DNA of 64,000 bases, taken from Octopus bimaculoides (lineage: Eukaryota). Location of the stretch: NCBI RefSeq assembly GCF_001194135.2, contig NC_068986.1:37147841-37211840 (forward strand), in the 5' to 3' direction. The notes beneath the pieces were generated by a model, which made no database searches, was not told the DNA's origin, and was given only the letters and a program-made list of their open reading frames with translations. Position 1 is the first letter of the stretch. Each line of letters opens with the position of its first letter. The translations under genes and the position numbers were made by a program. Positions 26,691 to 39,965 of this stretch are shown here, in pieces.

Positions 26691-27259
26691 ATGTATTATG
26701 TATGTATGCATATATATACACATATACATACACACACTAACATAAATGTATGTACATGTGTGCAAGATAGTGCATATAACTTGGAGGATTCTGCACTGAA
26801 TGGAGAACATAGTACAGTCAACAACAGTGAAGTTATTGGCAAAAACACACATCAAATTGCAGACCTAACAAAACTAATAGGGAACAGAGATTCCTATCAG
26901 TGAGGAGCAAAAAGTATCTCAGATGCAAGCAGCTCAAATACACACACACACACGTACACACACACACAAATTCTGGGTTCAGCTGTCCAGAGGAAGATGG
27001 GGCCACTTAGAATAAAATATTCAAAACATAAATACTGAGTGTTAATGTTTCATTAATACAGTAAATCAAGTGATGGATATACATCTCGCAGGAAACGGCT
27101 TTCATCTCAGAAGGTGACACAATCATCACATTCGTGAAAATATACGTGTGTGCACGCGTGTGTCTGTGTTTGTACAAACACACACACGCAAACACAATAA
27201 GCTACATAGTGTAATATACGTATATATATATATATATATATATATATATNNNNNNNNNN

Positions 27260-27505
27260 CATAAAATACACCATTTTGAGCGTGGCCGTTGTCAGTACCG
27301 CCTGACTGGCCTTCGTGCGGGTGGCACGTAAAAGCACCCACTACTCTCTGAGTGGTTGGCGTTAGGAAGGGCATCCAGCTGTAGAAACTCTGCCAAATCA
27401 GATTGGAGCCTGGTGTAGCCATCTGGTTTCACCAGTCCTCAGTCAAATCGTCCAACCCATACTAGCACGGAAAGCGGACGTTAAACGATGATGATGATGA
27501 TGATG
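27260..27505 (+). mobile_element. Family E (RTE-type LINE 3' tail) ending in (GAT)n
   Basis: ...gcgttaggaagggcatccagctgtagaaactctgcc...ccaacccatactagcacggaaagcggacgttaaacgatgatgatg. Other copies at 47369-47690(-), 52535-52795(-), ~55500-55945(+), and a related tail at 41065-41290(-). Confidence 0.8.
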
Positions 27506-28163
27506 ATACACATACATACACACACACATACATCAGTAAAATAAATGTACTTAGGTACTGCTCAAGCCCTGGGCATACAGTGCTAGTTACCCGGTTGTAC
27601 GAAAATGACAATAACCCTTCTGAATGGAACAATAGTCCATCGCAGGGTTACTAATTTACTGCTGGGTGGATTGGAGCTATATGAAATGAAGTGTTTTGCT
27701 CAAGAACACAACACGTCACCCAAAACCATGATCTCGTCATCGTGAATACAAAACACTAACCACAAGGCCACGCAACTCTACTGATCTGTCCACACATACG
27801 TTAAAAAAATTTTTTTCATCATTAAATATTTATTTAAAGACATTATTTTAAAGAAATTTCAAAAATAAAATATTTACAGATAGGGAGACTCAATACAAAA
27901 AGTAGAGCCAAATTCTACAATAAAATTCGTTTTCACCGAGGACAGTCAAAACGAATTTTATTATGAATCTATTGATCGTTAAACAAAATCGACAGCACAG
28001 GAGGATAAAGGTTTTTATCTGCAATAATTTTTCTCTAACACCTTATCTCATAAACACCCGCTTTCTTTCTTTCAAATTTTCACTAGGACCAAAGAGAGGT
28101 CGGGTCATACTTCTACGTCACAACAGTTATGAGTAACCAAACAGGAATTCCAAGTGCTCTATC

Positions 28164-28220
<57 letters not shown>

Positions 28221-28567
28221 GTATATTATATATATGTATTTATATATGTATGTATTTATATATGTATATATATATATGTGTGTGGGTGTTTGTATTATGT
28301 ATGTGTGTGTGTGTATTATACATACAAATATAGGTACATGTGTTATATGTATATGCATACAAACACACAAGAACAAAAATAGATTTAAAAGAAACAACCA
28401 CTTAATGTGAGTTTTCCTAATCTCACTAAGTATGTCAACCTTAGAATGTAGCTGTGGTGTATATAAAATAGCCTGAAAGTTGTAACATATGCACAAAATA
28501 CCAATGTCAATTGAATAGAGAGTCTTGTAAGTACTGGTGTCTATATATGTGTGTATACGTATGGAAA

Positions 28568-28599
<32 letters not shown>

Positions 28600-29476
28600 G
28601 GGGAATGAAAGGTGAAGGGAGAAAAGTAAAAGAGAGAGGGGGGGAAAGACTTGTGGCTAGGTGACAGTCACCAGTACAGGTGATCACCTCCAGTTTCCCA
28701 CCACTTCTGAAACCGTGCACCCATACCATCCTCGTCCTCTCATTTAGACATTACATTATTAAGTCCAAATAGGAGGCCGCAGCGTTACCTCTGGCAGTGT
28801 GCTTCTTTTCAGGAATGAAGTGTGTGCTACGAGGAGAGTGAAAAAAAAAGGAGAGTGAAAGAAAAAGAGAGAGAGAGAGAGAGNNNNNNNNNNNNNNNNN
28901 NNNNNNNNNNNNNNNNNNNNNNNNNNNNNNNNNNNNNNNNNNNNNNNNNNNNNNNNNNNNNNNNNNNNNNNNNNNNNNNNNNNNNNNNNNNNNNNNNNNN
29001 NNNNNNNNNNNNNNNNNNNNNNNNNNNNNNNNNNNNNNNNNNNNNNNNNNNNNNNNNNNNNNNNNNNNNNNNNNNNNNNNNNNNNNNNNNNNNNNNNNNN
29101 NNNNNNNNNNNNNNNNNNNNNNNNNNNNNNNNNNNNNNNNNNNNNNNNNNNNNNNNNNNNNNNNNNNNNNNNNNNNNNNNNNNNNNNNNNNNNNNNNNNN
29201 NNNNNNNNNNNNNNNNNNNNNNNNNNNNNNNNNNNNNNNNNNNNNNNNNNNNNNNNNNNNNNNNNNNNNNNNNNNNNNNNNNNNNNNNNNNNNNNNNNNN
29301 NNNNNNNNNNNNNNNNNNNNNNNNNNNNNNNNNNNNNNNNNNNNNNNNNNNNNNNNNNNNNNNNNNNNNNNNNNNNNNNNNNNNNNNNNNNNNNNNNNNN
29401 NNNNNNNNNNNNNNNNNNNNNNNNNNNNNNNNNNNNNNNNNNNNNNNNNNNNNNNNNNNNNNNNNNNNNNNNNNNN

Positions 29477-29524
<48 letters not shown>

Positions 29525-29540
29525 CGCGCGCGTGTGTATG
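29477..29540. repeat. Alternating purine-pyrimidine tract (TA)n(TG)n(CG)8(TG)n
   Basis: (CG)8 at 29517-29532 read directly. Confidence 0.9.
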
Positions 29541-29699
29541 AACGTGTGTGCGTATGTTTGTGTTACCTGGCTATATAACAGGTGGGCAGGTGAATAGAGT
29601 GTGAGTATACTGATTGATCAGAATGAATGACATTGACAACTATTATGATTAACCAGGGCCTATGATAATGGCGACAGTAACAAACGTGGAGATGTCAAT

Positions 29700-30560
29700 G
29701 TTTGTAACGATTACGATGACTGATCTACCATCGTCTCAGCGCGCGAGCACATGCACGGAAGCGCGCACACACACATACACACACACCCGTTGTTGCTAAC
29801 AAAAATAGCTTATGCTTCGGAAACATAATTATAACAAATTAATAAAGGTTACTAATTTGCCCCCGGCTAGTGATAATTAAGCAGAGAACTTCAAAGGTGT
29901 GTAGATAAGGTGGGTCTTAGCCTCTCAGCTAAAACGGCCTAAGTTTGTTTCTGCACAGAGAACTCAGCTCTGAGAAGGACACTGGATTTTTTCACATTTT
30001 GTAGAAAGTTGTTAGATATGGAAACCGAATCACTTCCATATCAAAACCTACTGTCTTAAAACAAAAAAAAATGAAGACTACATTAAATAATATAATCCCA
30101 GACGCTTTGTCTCAACAATAAGATAATAAAAATCAAATTGCCAGCTAAATATTGTAGATATTCAAAGAAAGCAAACGAAATTAGAGTTGATTTGTTGAGG
30201 AGTTGGGGTTTTGGACAGTTGTCGAAGGGAAATATTATGGAGGTTAATAACGCGGTCACAGAAAGAGGTGAAAGAGTAACAGGGAGTGTGGTGAGAGGAG
30301 GAAGAAGAATGGTCCGAGTAGTGTGGACCAGAAGCAACGTGGAATAAGTAAAGTGAGGTGTATGCAGACTTCCTAGCGTTATTACGAACGTCAAGCAAAT
30401 GCTCGAGAAAACACGTCTCCCAAAAGGCGGCCCATTTCACGGAAGTATAAGTGCGCCACAGAGGTTGAAAGTAATGCATTACATACCGTAAAGTGCAGTT
30501 AAAAGATACAGATCACGGTGTCTGTATACTCGAAATACCACCCGGTATATTGTATGGCTG
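29700..30560. promoter_or_regulatory. Candidate unmethylated promoter region
   Basis: Unique, CpG-rich sequence (14 CpG in 30301-30550 vs 2 in 301-1800), ETS-like CGGAAG at 29756-29761 and CGGAAGT at 30440-30446, GCGC-rich tract at 29739-29766. No transcript evidence. Confidence 0.4.
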
Positions 30561-31349
30561 TTCACAGCAGTATTAAAATAAAATAGTGCAATGCAACAAT
30601 AGTTTACTATTGTTAAGCCATAGATTTCTAGAGAACTATGTTAGTACTTATGTCAATTCCAAGGAAAGCACGTTCGCTGAGATAAATTTCAAAAGATAAG
30701 CACAAGAAATAGAAAAAAAACTGAGCTGGTGGTCTCCACCGCTTTACAGGCCCAGTGCACCTAGGAAATGTTTGAGTAATTTTCGCACCCCCCACGAAAG
30801 TAATACTGTACTTGAATATGAAAATGTCAATTTTCTCTAACAAATTTTTAATTGAAGAGCATATTGTAGAGTGGTAAGTAAATACACGCAAAATATAGAT
30901 TTTTGATTTAATTCATAATATACAAATTGGCAAGTAGAAAAAGTATAGTAGACAGTAAAATCAATCACAGTTGTGAACATAAAGTTCAATAACTTCTTAT
31001 TTCTTTCCTCCCTTTTCACGACTTAACAAAACGTGCAACTTTTTTGCCGATTGTGATCCACAGGTTTGTCTACGGATTCCTAGATTTTCTCTTGTTTGAA
31101 GAAAGAAAACTGAATCTAGATTCACACACACACATGTCGTTGCAAACAGAATCTACATGTTAAATCTACATGTGTAAAATCATTAAGTTCTTGGTGTGCA
31201 TAGAATCCTAAACACTCCGGAATAGGGCACATACTTTTTGCAGTAAAGGTAAACCGGCATATGGGGGATTCCAGCAAGCTAACTTCCTATTATAACGTTT
31301 CGCTTTCTTTCCTTTTGCACATTGTTGTTTTCCATGCCATGTGTCATAG

Positions 31350-31449
31350 GAAGACAGCTATTTGAGATCAAACAAATACTGAATAGTCCTCACTGGCAAA
31401 GACAAATACGTTCTTACAGCTGTGTTATTAACCTAGAAACATGCTGAAG
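31350..31449 (+). CDS. Candidate exon ending in ATG CTG AAG (MLK; possible start exon)
   Basis: ttttccatgccatgtgtcatag|GAAG...AAACATGCTGAAG|gtaagc; good splice signals, ATG at 31441. No homology recognised. Confidence 0.2.
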
Positions 31450-33134
31450 GTAAGCTCATTCCTTGAGTTATAGTAACTTTATTAGTAAATTTATTAGTGG
31501 GCAAGAAATAGTGCTATAATCATAGAGAGGTATCAAGCCAAGCGGCTTTAAGCACCAGAATCATAAACTAAATTATATTAAATATAGAACTATACAAGTT
31601 GTTGTTTATAAACCCTGGGTCCTGATTGAGTGGACTTATGACCAAAAGCAATCAAGCGGTAACACTTCTGTCTTTTTAATTCTAGGTTTACTGTTCCTCG
31701 AGTCTAAACAGTGTTTTCATTTTGACAGAGAGTGAATTTTATGAAATGTGGCTATGTCTTGCAGACCGATCAGCCATGACGAAGATCCTTCATAGACACG
31801 TTCTATCACGAAGATTTTGCATGAAAATGCACGTAGTCTTGCTTTTCATTCTTTTACTGGTTTCAATCATTGGTCTGCGGCCATACTAGGACATCGCTTT
31901 CAAGGATATCAGTCGATTTTTATCGATCCCTGAACGTATTTCAGTCTGGTTTTTTGTTGGCTTTTTTTTTTTTTTTGCACATTTTCGATCTATATTTATC
32001 GAATCGTAAAAAAAAAACCCTTTTTGATACGACATTGGTTTTACACCGATAAACAGTCTCTCATAAAGTTAGGTAATTTAGTTAAGATACTTAACGCAGT
32101 TTGCAAAAACTGTCGAAATCATAATAGTATTTGCAGTGCCATGGAAAGTATACAAATGTATGTAATAAGGTTTATTACAAGTGGAATCCATGGCCCAGTT
32201 TCAATCGTACTGTACCAATGAACTCGGTTTTTGAGAAACTTCCTGTTTCTTTCAGCACTGAAATGCTCCAGAAAACGACGGCAAATACACAAGAAATATT
32301 ATTATACTCTCATTGAAACACTCCCGAGTGCGTCTATGTGGTTTGTTCCTCACAAATACCTCTATTTGTTTAGTTACAACTTTATAGTTAGTAAATTACC
32401 GGAAACCTTTGATGGGATGTTTATTAAAGTTAGTTCAACTGCCGACCAATCTAACAACCAAGCAGAATAAATATCAAAAGTCGAGCTCAAAGAGAGAGAG
32501 CCGCTCTCTATGTGGCTGCTCGAGCTGCAAGAAATAACAACCAGAACGTCCTCAAATTACCGCCGACTATTTCAAAAGAGGACACACACATTGAATAATG
32601 TCGTCTTGAATGAAGTATGTCTGAAAAAATGTCCGCGATTGTAAAGTTTATTATTGCTAAGCACTGACATTGAGTCCAATATACGGGAGAGAAAAGATTA
32701 AAAAAAAGCTGCTTATGACAAAACAGACCCTTTTCGCAATTGTCTGTAGCAAGACATTTATGCAATGCAGCGAATATTTAGCAACTTGTTGAGGTATTAG
32801 CGAAAGGATGTAAACGGAGCGAAATAATGAAAATTAATGTATATAATGTATACAGTGTTAATTAACTTTTCTCGTACTGTACGTTTCTATATATATATAT
32901 ATATGCGCGTGTATATACACACACAAACACTTATATATATGTATGTCTATGCATGTATATGTATGTGTGTGTGTCTGTATGCATGTATATATTTATGTAT
33001 GTATGTATGTATGAGTACAGATATATATATATATATATAGATATATAGGAAGCCCTCTGTTGTAATGAACTTGGAGCACCAAATAAGATAACACTATTCG
33101 TGATTATTATAGGCGGCTTCTCTCTCTTTCTCAG

Positions 33135-33155
33135 GTCACCCCTGAAGGAGTAGAC
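33135..33155 (+). CDS. Candidate 21-nt microexon (VTPEGVD)
   Basis: cttctctctctttctcag|GTCACCCCTGAAGGAGTAGAC|gtatga; frame-preserving, phase 0/0. Confidence 0.2.
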
Positions 33156-36100
33156 GTATGATCAAAATCATGTCCCCCCCCCTCTCTCTCTCTCTCTCTC
33201 ACTATATNNNNNNNNNNNNNNNNNNNNNNNNNNNNNNNNNNNNNNNNNNNNNNNNNNNNNNNNNNNNNNNNNNNNNNNNNNNNNNNNNNNNNNNNNNNNN
33301 NNNNNNNNNNNNNNNNNNNNNNNNNNNNNNNNCAGGGTATGATTTAAGTGAAATCTTGAGTGTTACTTCTTGGAAATTGGCGACAATGTTAGAGGTCCTC
33401 TTGTTGGATGTGTATGTGTGTCTATTTGTGTATGCATCCTACCGCACCCTCCGGATGCACAGAGCCTTTTTACGCACGATCTCACGCCATATTAAGTTTT
33501 TGAGTCCATTACAATTTCAGAGGCCAGTTTCTCTTTGACAGCAAGCTCTATATGAACGTTTCGCAGTAAAGTTTACTTTTGATGGGACCATTTTAAGGTG
33601 GAGAAGTTGTACTTAAAACAGAAAGCGCTGGAACAGATACCGCAAAGCATCTCGTACCACTTATTAACAATTCTACCACTCCTTTATTTATCAACTTCGA
33701 AGGGATGAAAGACAAAGTTGACCTCGATAGTATGTGTGTACGCACACACACACACACGACAAAAGTAAATAGACACCCTTATAATCATAAAGATTTATTT
33801 AAATCTGAAATTATACATTCAAATTATTTATTAATTGTTATAATGTGAATATTTGATAATTAGTAGACATGCCCTTTGCATCTTTCAATGCACAAGGCCA
33901 GTAATTTGGGGGAAATGTGTAAGTCAATTAATTACATCGACCCCGGTACTCATCTACTACTTATTTTATCGATCCCAAAAGGATAAAAGGCAAAAGCGAC
34001 CGCGACGGGATTTGAACTCGGAACATGAATGAAAACAAACGAAATGGTGCTATGCATTTTGCTCGGCGTTCTGACGATTCTACCAGCTTGTCACCTTGAC
34101 TCTCACATTTTGACCACAACGCCATCAAGTTCTGGGGACGAGGTAAGTCGATTATACTGACCCCAAGTGCTCAACTGGTACTTTATTTTGTCAACCCCGA
34201 AAGGATAAAAGGTAAAGTTGACTCGGTGGAATTTGAACTCAGAAAGGAAATTAGGACGAAATGCCGCTAAGTATTATTTCCCGGTGTGCTAACGATTCTG
34301 CTAGCTTGCCGCTTTAAACATTACAGTAAATATCATTGTGACTCTTGTAAAGAAAAGATGATGAGAGAAAGGGAAGAACCAGAGAAAGATGCGGTAAAGA
34401 GAAAAAGAAATCAGAATAATTAAATCAGTCACGGGCCAAGTGCAGCCCGCAGAATTTTCCAAAAGTTACCTCGGTATTTTTTAGGAGTGCGACCCGAACC
34501 TGAATTAAACATTAACTATAAAATTAAGAAAAAAGAGAGGCTTTAAATACACTGAAGAAAAAAAAAAACTAGAGAAACTCAACTATACAACGAGTAATAA
34601 AAAAAATGTGAAGAGAGCAACCAGTTTAAACATACATAGATACACACACACACATAATATATGCACACACCAAACGTATACAGAGATAGAAAAGACCTGG
34701 TAGTAGCTATAAATACCATCAAAAAGAACTTCAAGTAGTCTCTAGCTTTTGTTTTTAGGTGTTTATTATGTCTTGTTGTGTTACTAACAAAATGTACCTT
34801 AAGGTAACAAACACAAGGAAAACTACAAAGGTTTCTTTTTGTTCGTTATTTTATTTTTGCCTGAAAGGGAGAATGATGAGAAGGTGGAGTGGGGAGGAGC
34901 CTAGACGAAGGGAAGGAAGAGGAGGAGAGTGAAGGTCAGATGTGTGTGTGTTTATTGTTTAACTTATCTTTGTATGGTTCTTCGGATTTGTTTTTACTTT
35001 TTAAGATTTTTTTTTTAATAGCAGGGATGGGTTCCTTTTTTTTTTTGTTTTTCAGTAGCTTTCTTTGTGTTTGTTAATCTGCCACCCAGGTGAAAATTGG
35101 CAGTCATCAACTGCATAGTGTATTTTGCAAGTTTAAACCACATCAACGACGACGATGATGATGATGATGATGGTTAAGAACAATAAGATAAAGACAAAAA
35201 TACATAATACAATTCAACTTGATATCGCAATAACGGTTTCTTAAGCTGCTACAAGATCAATTAGTAAATGAGAAGGAAGAGATTTCGCATCCACCAACAA
35301 TAAATATATATTACTGAGAGTTTACTGTGCACAAAAAAAAAGAACTATGTCTTCGTTCGTTAGACCTGCTAGAGATAATCACCATGCCTCCCTCAAATCA
35401 CTCCATGTCATCTTTAAAAGAAAGCCAACAGATCGAATGGATTATATGTGTAAATCAATGGTCTAGTTTTATCACACAGATTCATCCTGCTAGAGGATCT
35501 ATGTTAGGGTGGCGTTCCAGTTGTGATCATCTGGATTAATTTTTTCAGAGACTAGGATAATGTAGTTCTTACGGAGAAATGTGTCCTTCCTTAAACACTG
35601 TAGGGTGTGATTTGGCTGATATTTCTAAAAACTTAACTTACTGGCTTGGTTGGAGCAATTAGTTTTTACAAACGAATGTCCTTCCAACAACTGACCAATC
35701 GTAGAACTCAACAATTTGAATGAGTAATTTTTTTTCTCTTCTTTTCATTCAGACAAGCAGGCGTAGCGTCCGTAAAGCTATGTGCCTTGCTCAAGGACAC
35801 ATTTCAGTAAATACTAAGAGCCGTTCTCATGGCCATCTTAATAGACAAACATCTAATTAATGAGGATGTGTAGTGTAGGTGTGTGAACGCTCCTATGTGT
35901 ATGTATTACAGTACTTGTAATAGCGTGTGTATGTGTGGTGAGTGCAAGCATGTATACATGTAGAGGTAAATGTGTGTGTATTTACATGCAACTGTGTGTG
36001 TGTGACCAACTGAATAGAGCTGGTGTAGTAGCGTTACTAAAATGTGCAAGTCATGCACAGTCTCCGTATAGTCTGACCAGAAAAGAGCAAAGAAGACAAA

Positions 36101-37311
36101 CAGGAGACAAAGAACAAAGGTTTTAGAGAAAGTAATGCACACACGGGTAGCACAGAGAGGGCAGAGATCAATCAGGTCAGCTGACTTAACATATCTGACC
36201 TATTAAGGACTTCAATAATTATCAATGTTTTCATAGTGTTTTTTGTTTCCAAGTGTGAGTATTACTGACTGATTTTGAAATTCCTGTATGACATTTCTGA
36301 GTTTCTTAAACCCTGCTCACTAAGTTCTTGTAGTGATCAATACAAAACGCCAAATACTGGCGTCAGGATAGGCAATGCCGGTTAGTGTTGTGTCTGATAT
36401 GCTTATTGTGAGCTGAGTTTTGCAGACCATATTTTCTTTACTTTCTCAAGCTATTCATTTCATGAAAAGGACATTAGATATAATGTAGACATACATTTAC
36501 AATGTCTAAATAAATGATGAAATCAACATGAAAGGAATGCTTTTGATCATGGGTTTGGTCCCTGACCTATGGCCCGAGCCAGAGCAAAACAATAACAACA
36601 GCTACAGCAACAGATGTAAAAAGAAAATTTATTGTCTTATTTATCAGGTTTGTGTTTCACATGTCACTTATCTTTAACCAAATGTATGTGCATATTTGTA
36701 TACATACGCATGTACATACGTACGTGTATGAGCACACTAAACTTCTGCACTTCTGTATATTGTGCCTGTATATGTAGTGGTTTTGAATCTCAATGTATGA
36801 GTGCATGTGACTGTGCACATGCGCTCACATATTGTTGCACACAGACACACACAGAACAATGAATTTGCATGAACGAACTTAGAGTACTCAATGCAAGTGT
36901 AGAGTAATATATATATTGGCATAGTCAGTGTTTACATATATAAATACACACACACACAAACCACACAAGCACACACATATATGGAACTAAATACACACAT
37001 ACATTATAAGTTCCACCCACTCTAATACAGGTTCAAACATGTACTTGCATGTTACATGTATACATTTAGCTAATGATTCGGTCATTTTGCAATCAGCAAT
37101 GTATCCCAAAATCATTTAAATGGAAAATGGAAATCACAAAAGTAAACTATTCACAAAACCAAAAGAGAGAAACAAACAAAGCAAAAACAAAACCAGGCGT
37201 CCCATTAAGACAACCAACCAGCAATTCTATAATTCCAATTGATAAGCTATGTTTCCAATCTTTTAACTTAACAAGACAGTTTTTTTTTTCACTCCTTTTC
37301 TTTCCAATAAA

Positions 37312-37434
37312 GTGGGGGGAGATGACATTAACGCTGAGTCAGGAAGAAAAAATTCAGCACTACGAATCCCAAATACAATTTACTCAAGAAAACAAAATAC
37401 AAGCTGAAGCTGAACTTACAAATTGCATAGACCT
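37312..37434 (+). CDS. Candidate coding exon, helical E/Q/K-rich peptide, possibly TTC23/TTC23L-like N-terminus
   Basis: ttttttttcactccttttctttccaataaag|TGGGGGGAGATG...ATAGACCT|gtaaga; peptide WGEMTLTLSQEEKIQHYESQIQFTQENKIQAEAELTNCID(L). It lies in the longest non-repetitive ORF (37073..37438). Resemblance to TTC23 is from memory only. Confidence 0.3.
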
Positions 37435-38098
37435 GTAAGAAAATNNNNNNNNNNNNNNNNNNNNNNNNNNNNNNNNNNNNNNNNNNNNNNNNNNNNNNNN
37501 NNNNNNNNNNNNNNNNNNNNNNNNNNNNNNNNNNNNNNNNNNNNNNNNNNNNNNNNNNNNNNNNNNNNNNNNNNNNNNNNNNNNNNNNNNNNNNNNNNNN
37601 NNNNNNNNNNNNNNNNNNNNNNNNNNNNNNNNNNNNNNNNNNNNNNNNNNNNNNNNNNNNNNNNNNNNNNNNNNNNNNNNNNNNNNNNNNNNNNNNNNNN
37701 NNNNNNNNNNNNNNNNNNNNNNNNNNNNNNNNNNNNNNNNNNNNNNNNNNNNNNNNNNNNNNNNNNNNNNNNNNNNNNNNNNNNNNNNNNNNNNNNNNNN
37801 NNNNNNNNNNNNNNNNNNNNNNNNNNNNNNNNNNNNNNNNNNNNNNNNNNNNNNNNNNNNNNNNNNNNNNNNNNNNNNNNNNNNNNNNNNNNNNNNNNNN
37901 NNNNNNNNNNNNNNNNNNNNNNNNNNNNNNNNNNNNNNNNNNNNNNNNNNNNNNNNNNNNNNNNNNNNNNNNNNNNNNNNNNNNNNNNNNNNNNNNNNNN
38001 NNNNNNNNNNNNNNNNNNNNNNNNNNNNNNNNNNNNNNNNNNNNNNNNNNNNNNNNNNNNNNNNNNNNNNNNNNNNNNNNNNNNNNNNNNNNNNNNNN

Positions 38099-38152
<54 letters not shown>

Positions 38153-38581
38153 AGCATTTTATCTAGTTTCAGCTCATGAGCTGTGGCCATGCTGGGGCAC
38201 CAGAATTGTTTTCAAATTTTATCAAGATGAAAGAGAGTATAGTTTATAGTGAATATATCTAAATCAGTCTCTTATTATTCTTTTTCTTTCTTTCACTCTC
38301 TTTGTCATGCATTAGAAAGTAGACCCAACGACAACATTGTACTCAGGTCAAACCTACTTCAAGAAGCTGAGGGACATTTAATAACCGAAACAAAAATTTT
38401 GTTTTAGCAACATCAGCAAGTTCACAAACACAAGATGGAGTGCAATTCCTTAGGTTCAATGTTCAACTTCTGTAGCACATAGCTACCTCAAAGCTTAGTA
38501 AGTCAAACCATAATGGGGAAAATGCATCTATGCTGAGTAGATAGATCAATCTTTTATTGTTCCCTATCTACCTATCAGACT

Positions 38582-38970
38582 TGTGGAGGCGCAATGGCCC
38601 AGTGGTTAGGGCAGTGGACTCGCGGTCATAGGATCGCGGTTTCGATTCTCAGACCAGGCGTTGTGAGTGTTTATTGAGCAAAAACACCTAAAAGCCCCAC
38701 GAGGCTCCGGCAGGGGATGGTGGCGAACCCTGCTGTACTCTTCCACCACAACTTTCTCTCACTCTTACTTCCTGTTTCTGTTGTGCCTGTAATTCAAAGG
38801 GTCAGCCTTGTCACACTGTATCACGCTGAATATCCCCAAGAACTACATTAAGGGTACAAGTGTCTGTGGAGTGCTCAGCCACTTGCACGTTAATTGCATG
38901 AGCAAGCTGTTCCGTTGATCGGATCAACTGGAACCCTCGTCGTCGTAAGCGACGGAGGCCAACAGCAACA
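38582..38970 (+). mobile_element. SINE family D, full length, 12-bp target-site duplication
   Basis: tRNA-like head ggaggcgcaatggcccagtggttagggcagtggactcgcggtcataggatcgcggtttcgattctc; TSD acctatcagact at 38570-38581 and 38971-38982. Confidence 0.9.
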
Positions 38971-39231
38971 ACCTATCAGACTGTCTTAGACCAACAAACA
39001 TAGTTATCTCCTATATTCTGGTGGACATTGCCCTATCAACCATTATGAGATTGCATCAACCCGTGTTTCACTGTACTTAATTTATCGACCCCTAAAAGAT
39101 GAAAGGCAAAGTTGACCTCAGCAGAACTTGAACTCAGAATGTAAAGGCAGACAAAATACCACTAAGCATTACGCCCGGTGTGCTAACAATTCTGCCAGCT
39201 AGCTACCTGAATAGTGATAATAATAATAATA

Positions 39232-39267
<36 letters not shown>

Positions 39268-39921
39268 TCAATAATAATAAAGATAATTTCACTTCTTAGC
39301 ATAAGGCCAGCAGTTTAGGGAAAAGGGTAAGTCAATTGTATCGACCCCATGTTCAACTGGTACTTATTTTATTAACCCTGAATTTTATCAACAGAATTTG
39401 AACTAAAGACGGATGAAATTCTACTAAGACTTTTGCTCAGCATGTTAACAATTCTGCCTGCTTGCCACCTTAATAATAATAATAATAATAGTAACAATAA
39501 TAATGTAAATTTTTTTCAAAAAGTTGGACACATTACACAATTTCATCCATGCATTCATTCAAACTACATGGTGAGTGTATACATACCAAGTCTCAAAAGC
39601 CTTTAAAGGGGTACAGCTGAACTAAAACTTTCATGGTGTTAAATAGGAGTGAGGAATTTTTCTCCGGATAAGATTACCAAAGAAAAAAAATGCATCAAAA
39701 TGCCTGAAGTCAATTTGAATTTAGTCTATTGGCAGATAGTCCTATCCATTCAAACAGATCTCTACATTAACACACACATATACACACACTTTCATGTATA
39801 TACATACATAAATATTGGTAAATTTATGATGCTATACGCACACTTATATTCAATGTTCAGTCTGCATCAGATCCTGACCACATACATGCACATACACAGG
39901 AACACATATGGAGACACACTC

Positions 39922-39965
<44 letters not shown>

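Noticed and set aside
33335-33420. Exon-like GYDLSEILSVTSWKLATMLEVLLLD
   Set aside because: The sequence is a reverse-oriented family G SINE fragment.
35755-35810. Strong acceptor followed by TSRRSVRKAMCLAQGHIS
   Set aside because: Contains the SINE motif gtgccttgctcaaggacaca; repeat-derived.
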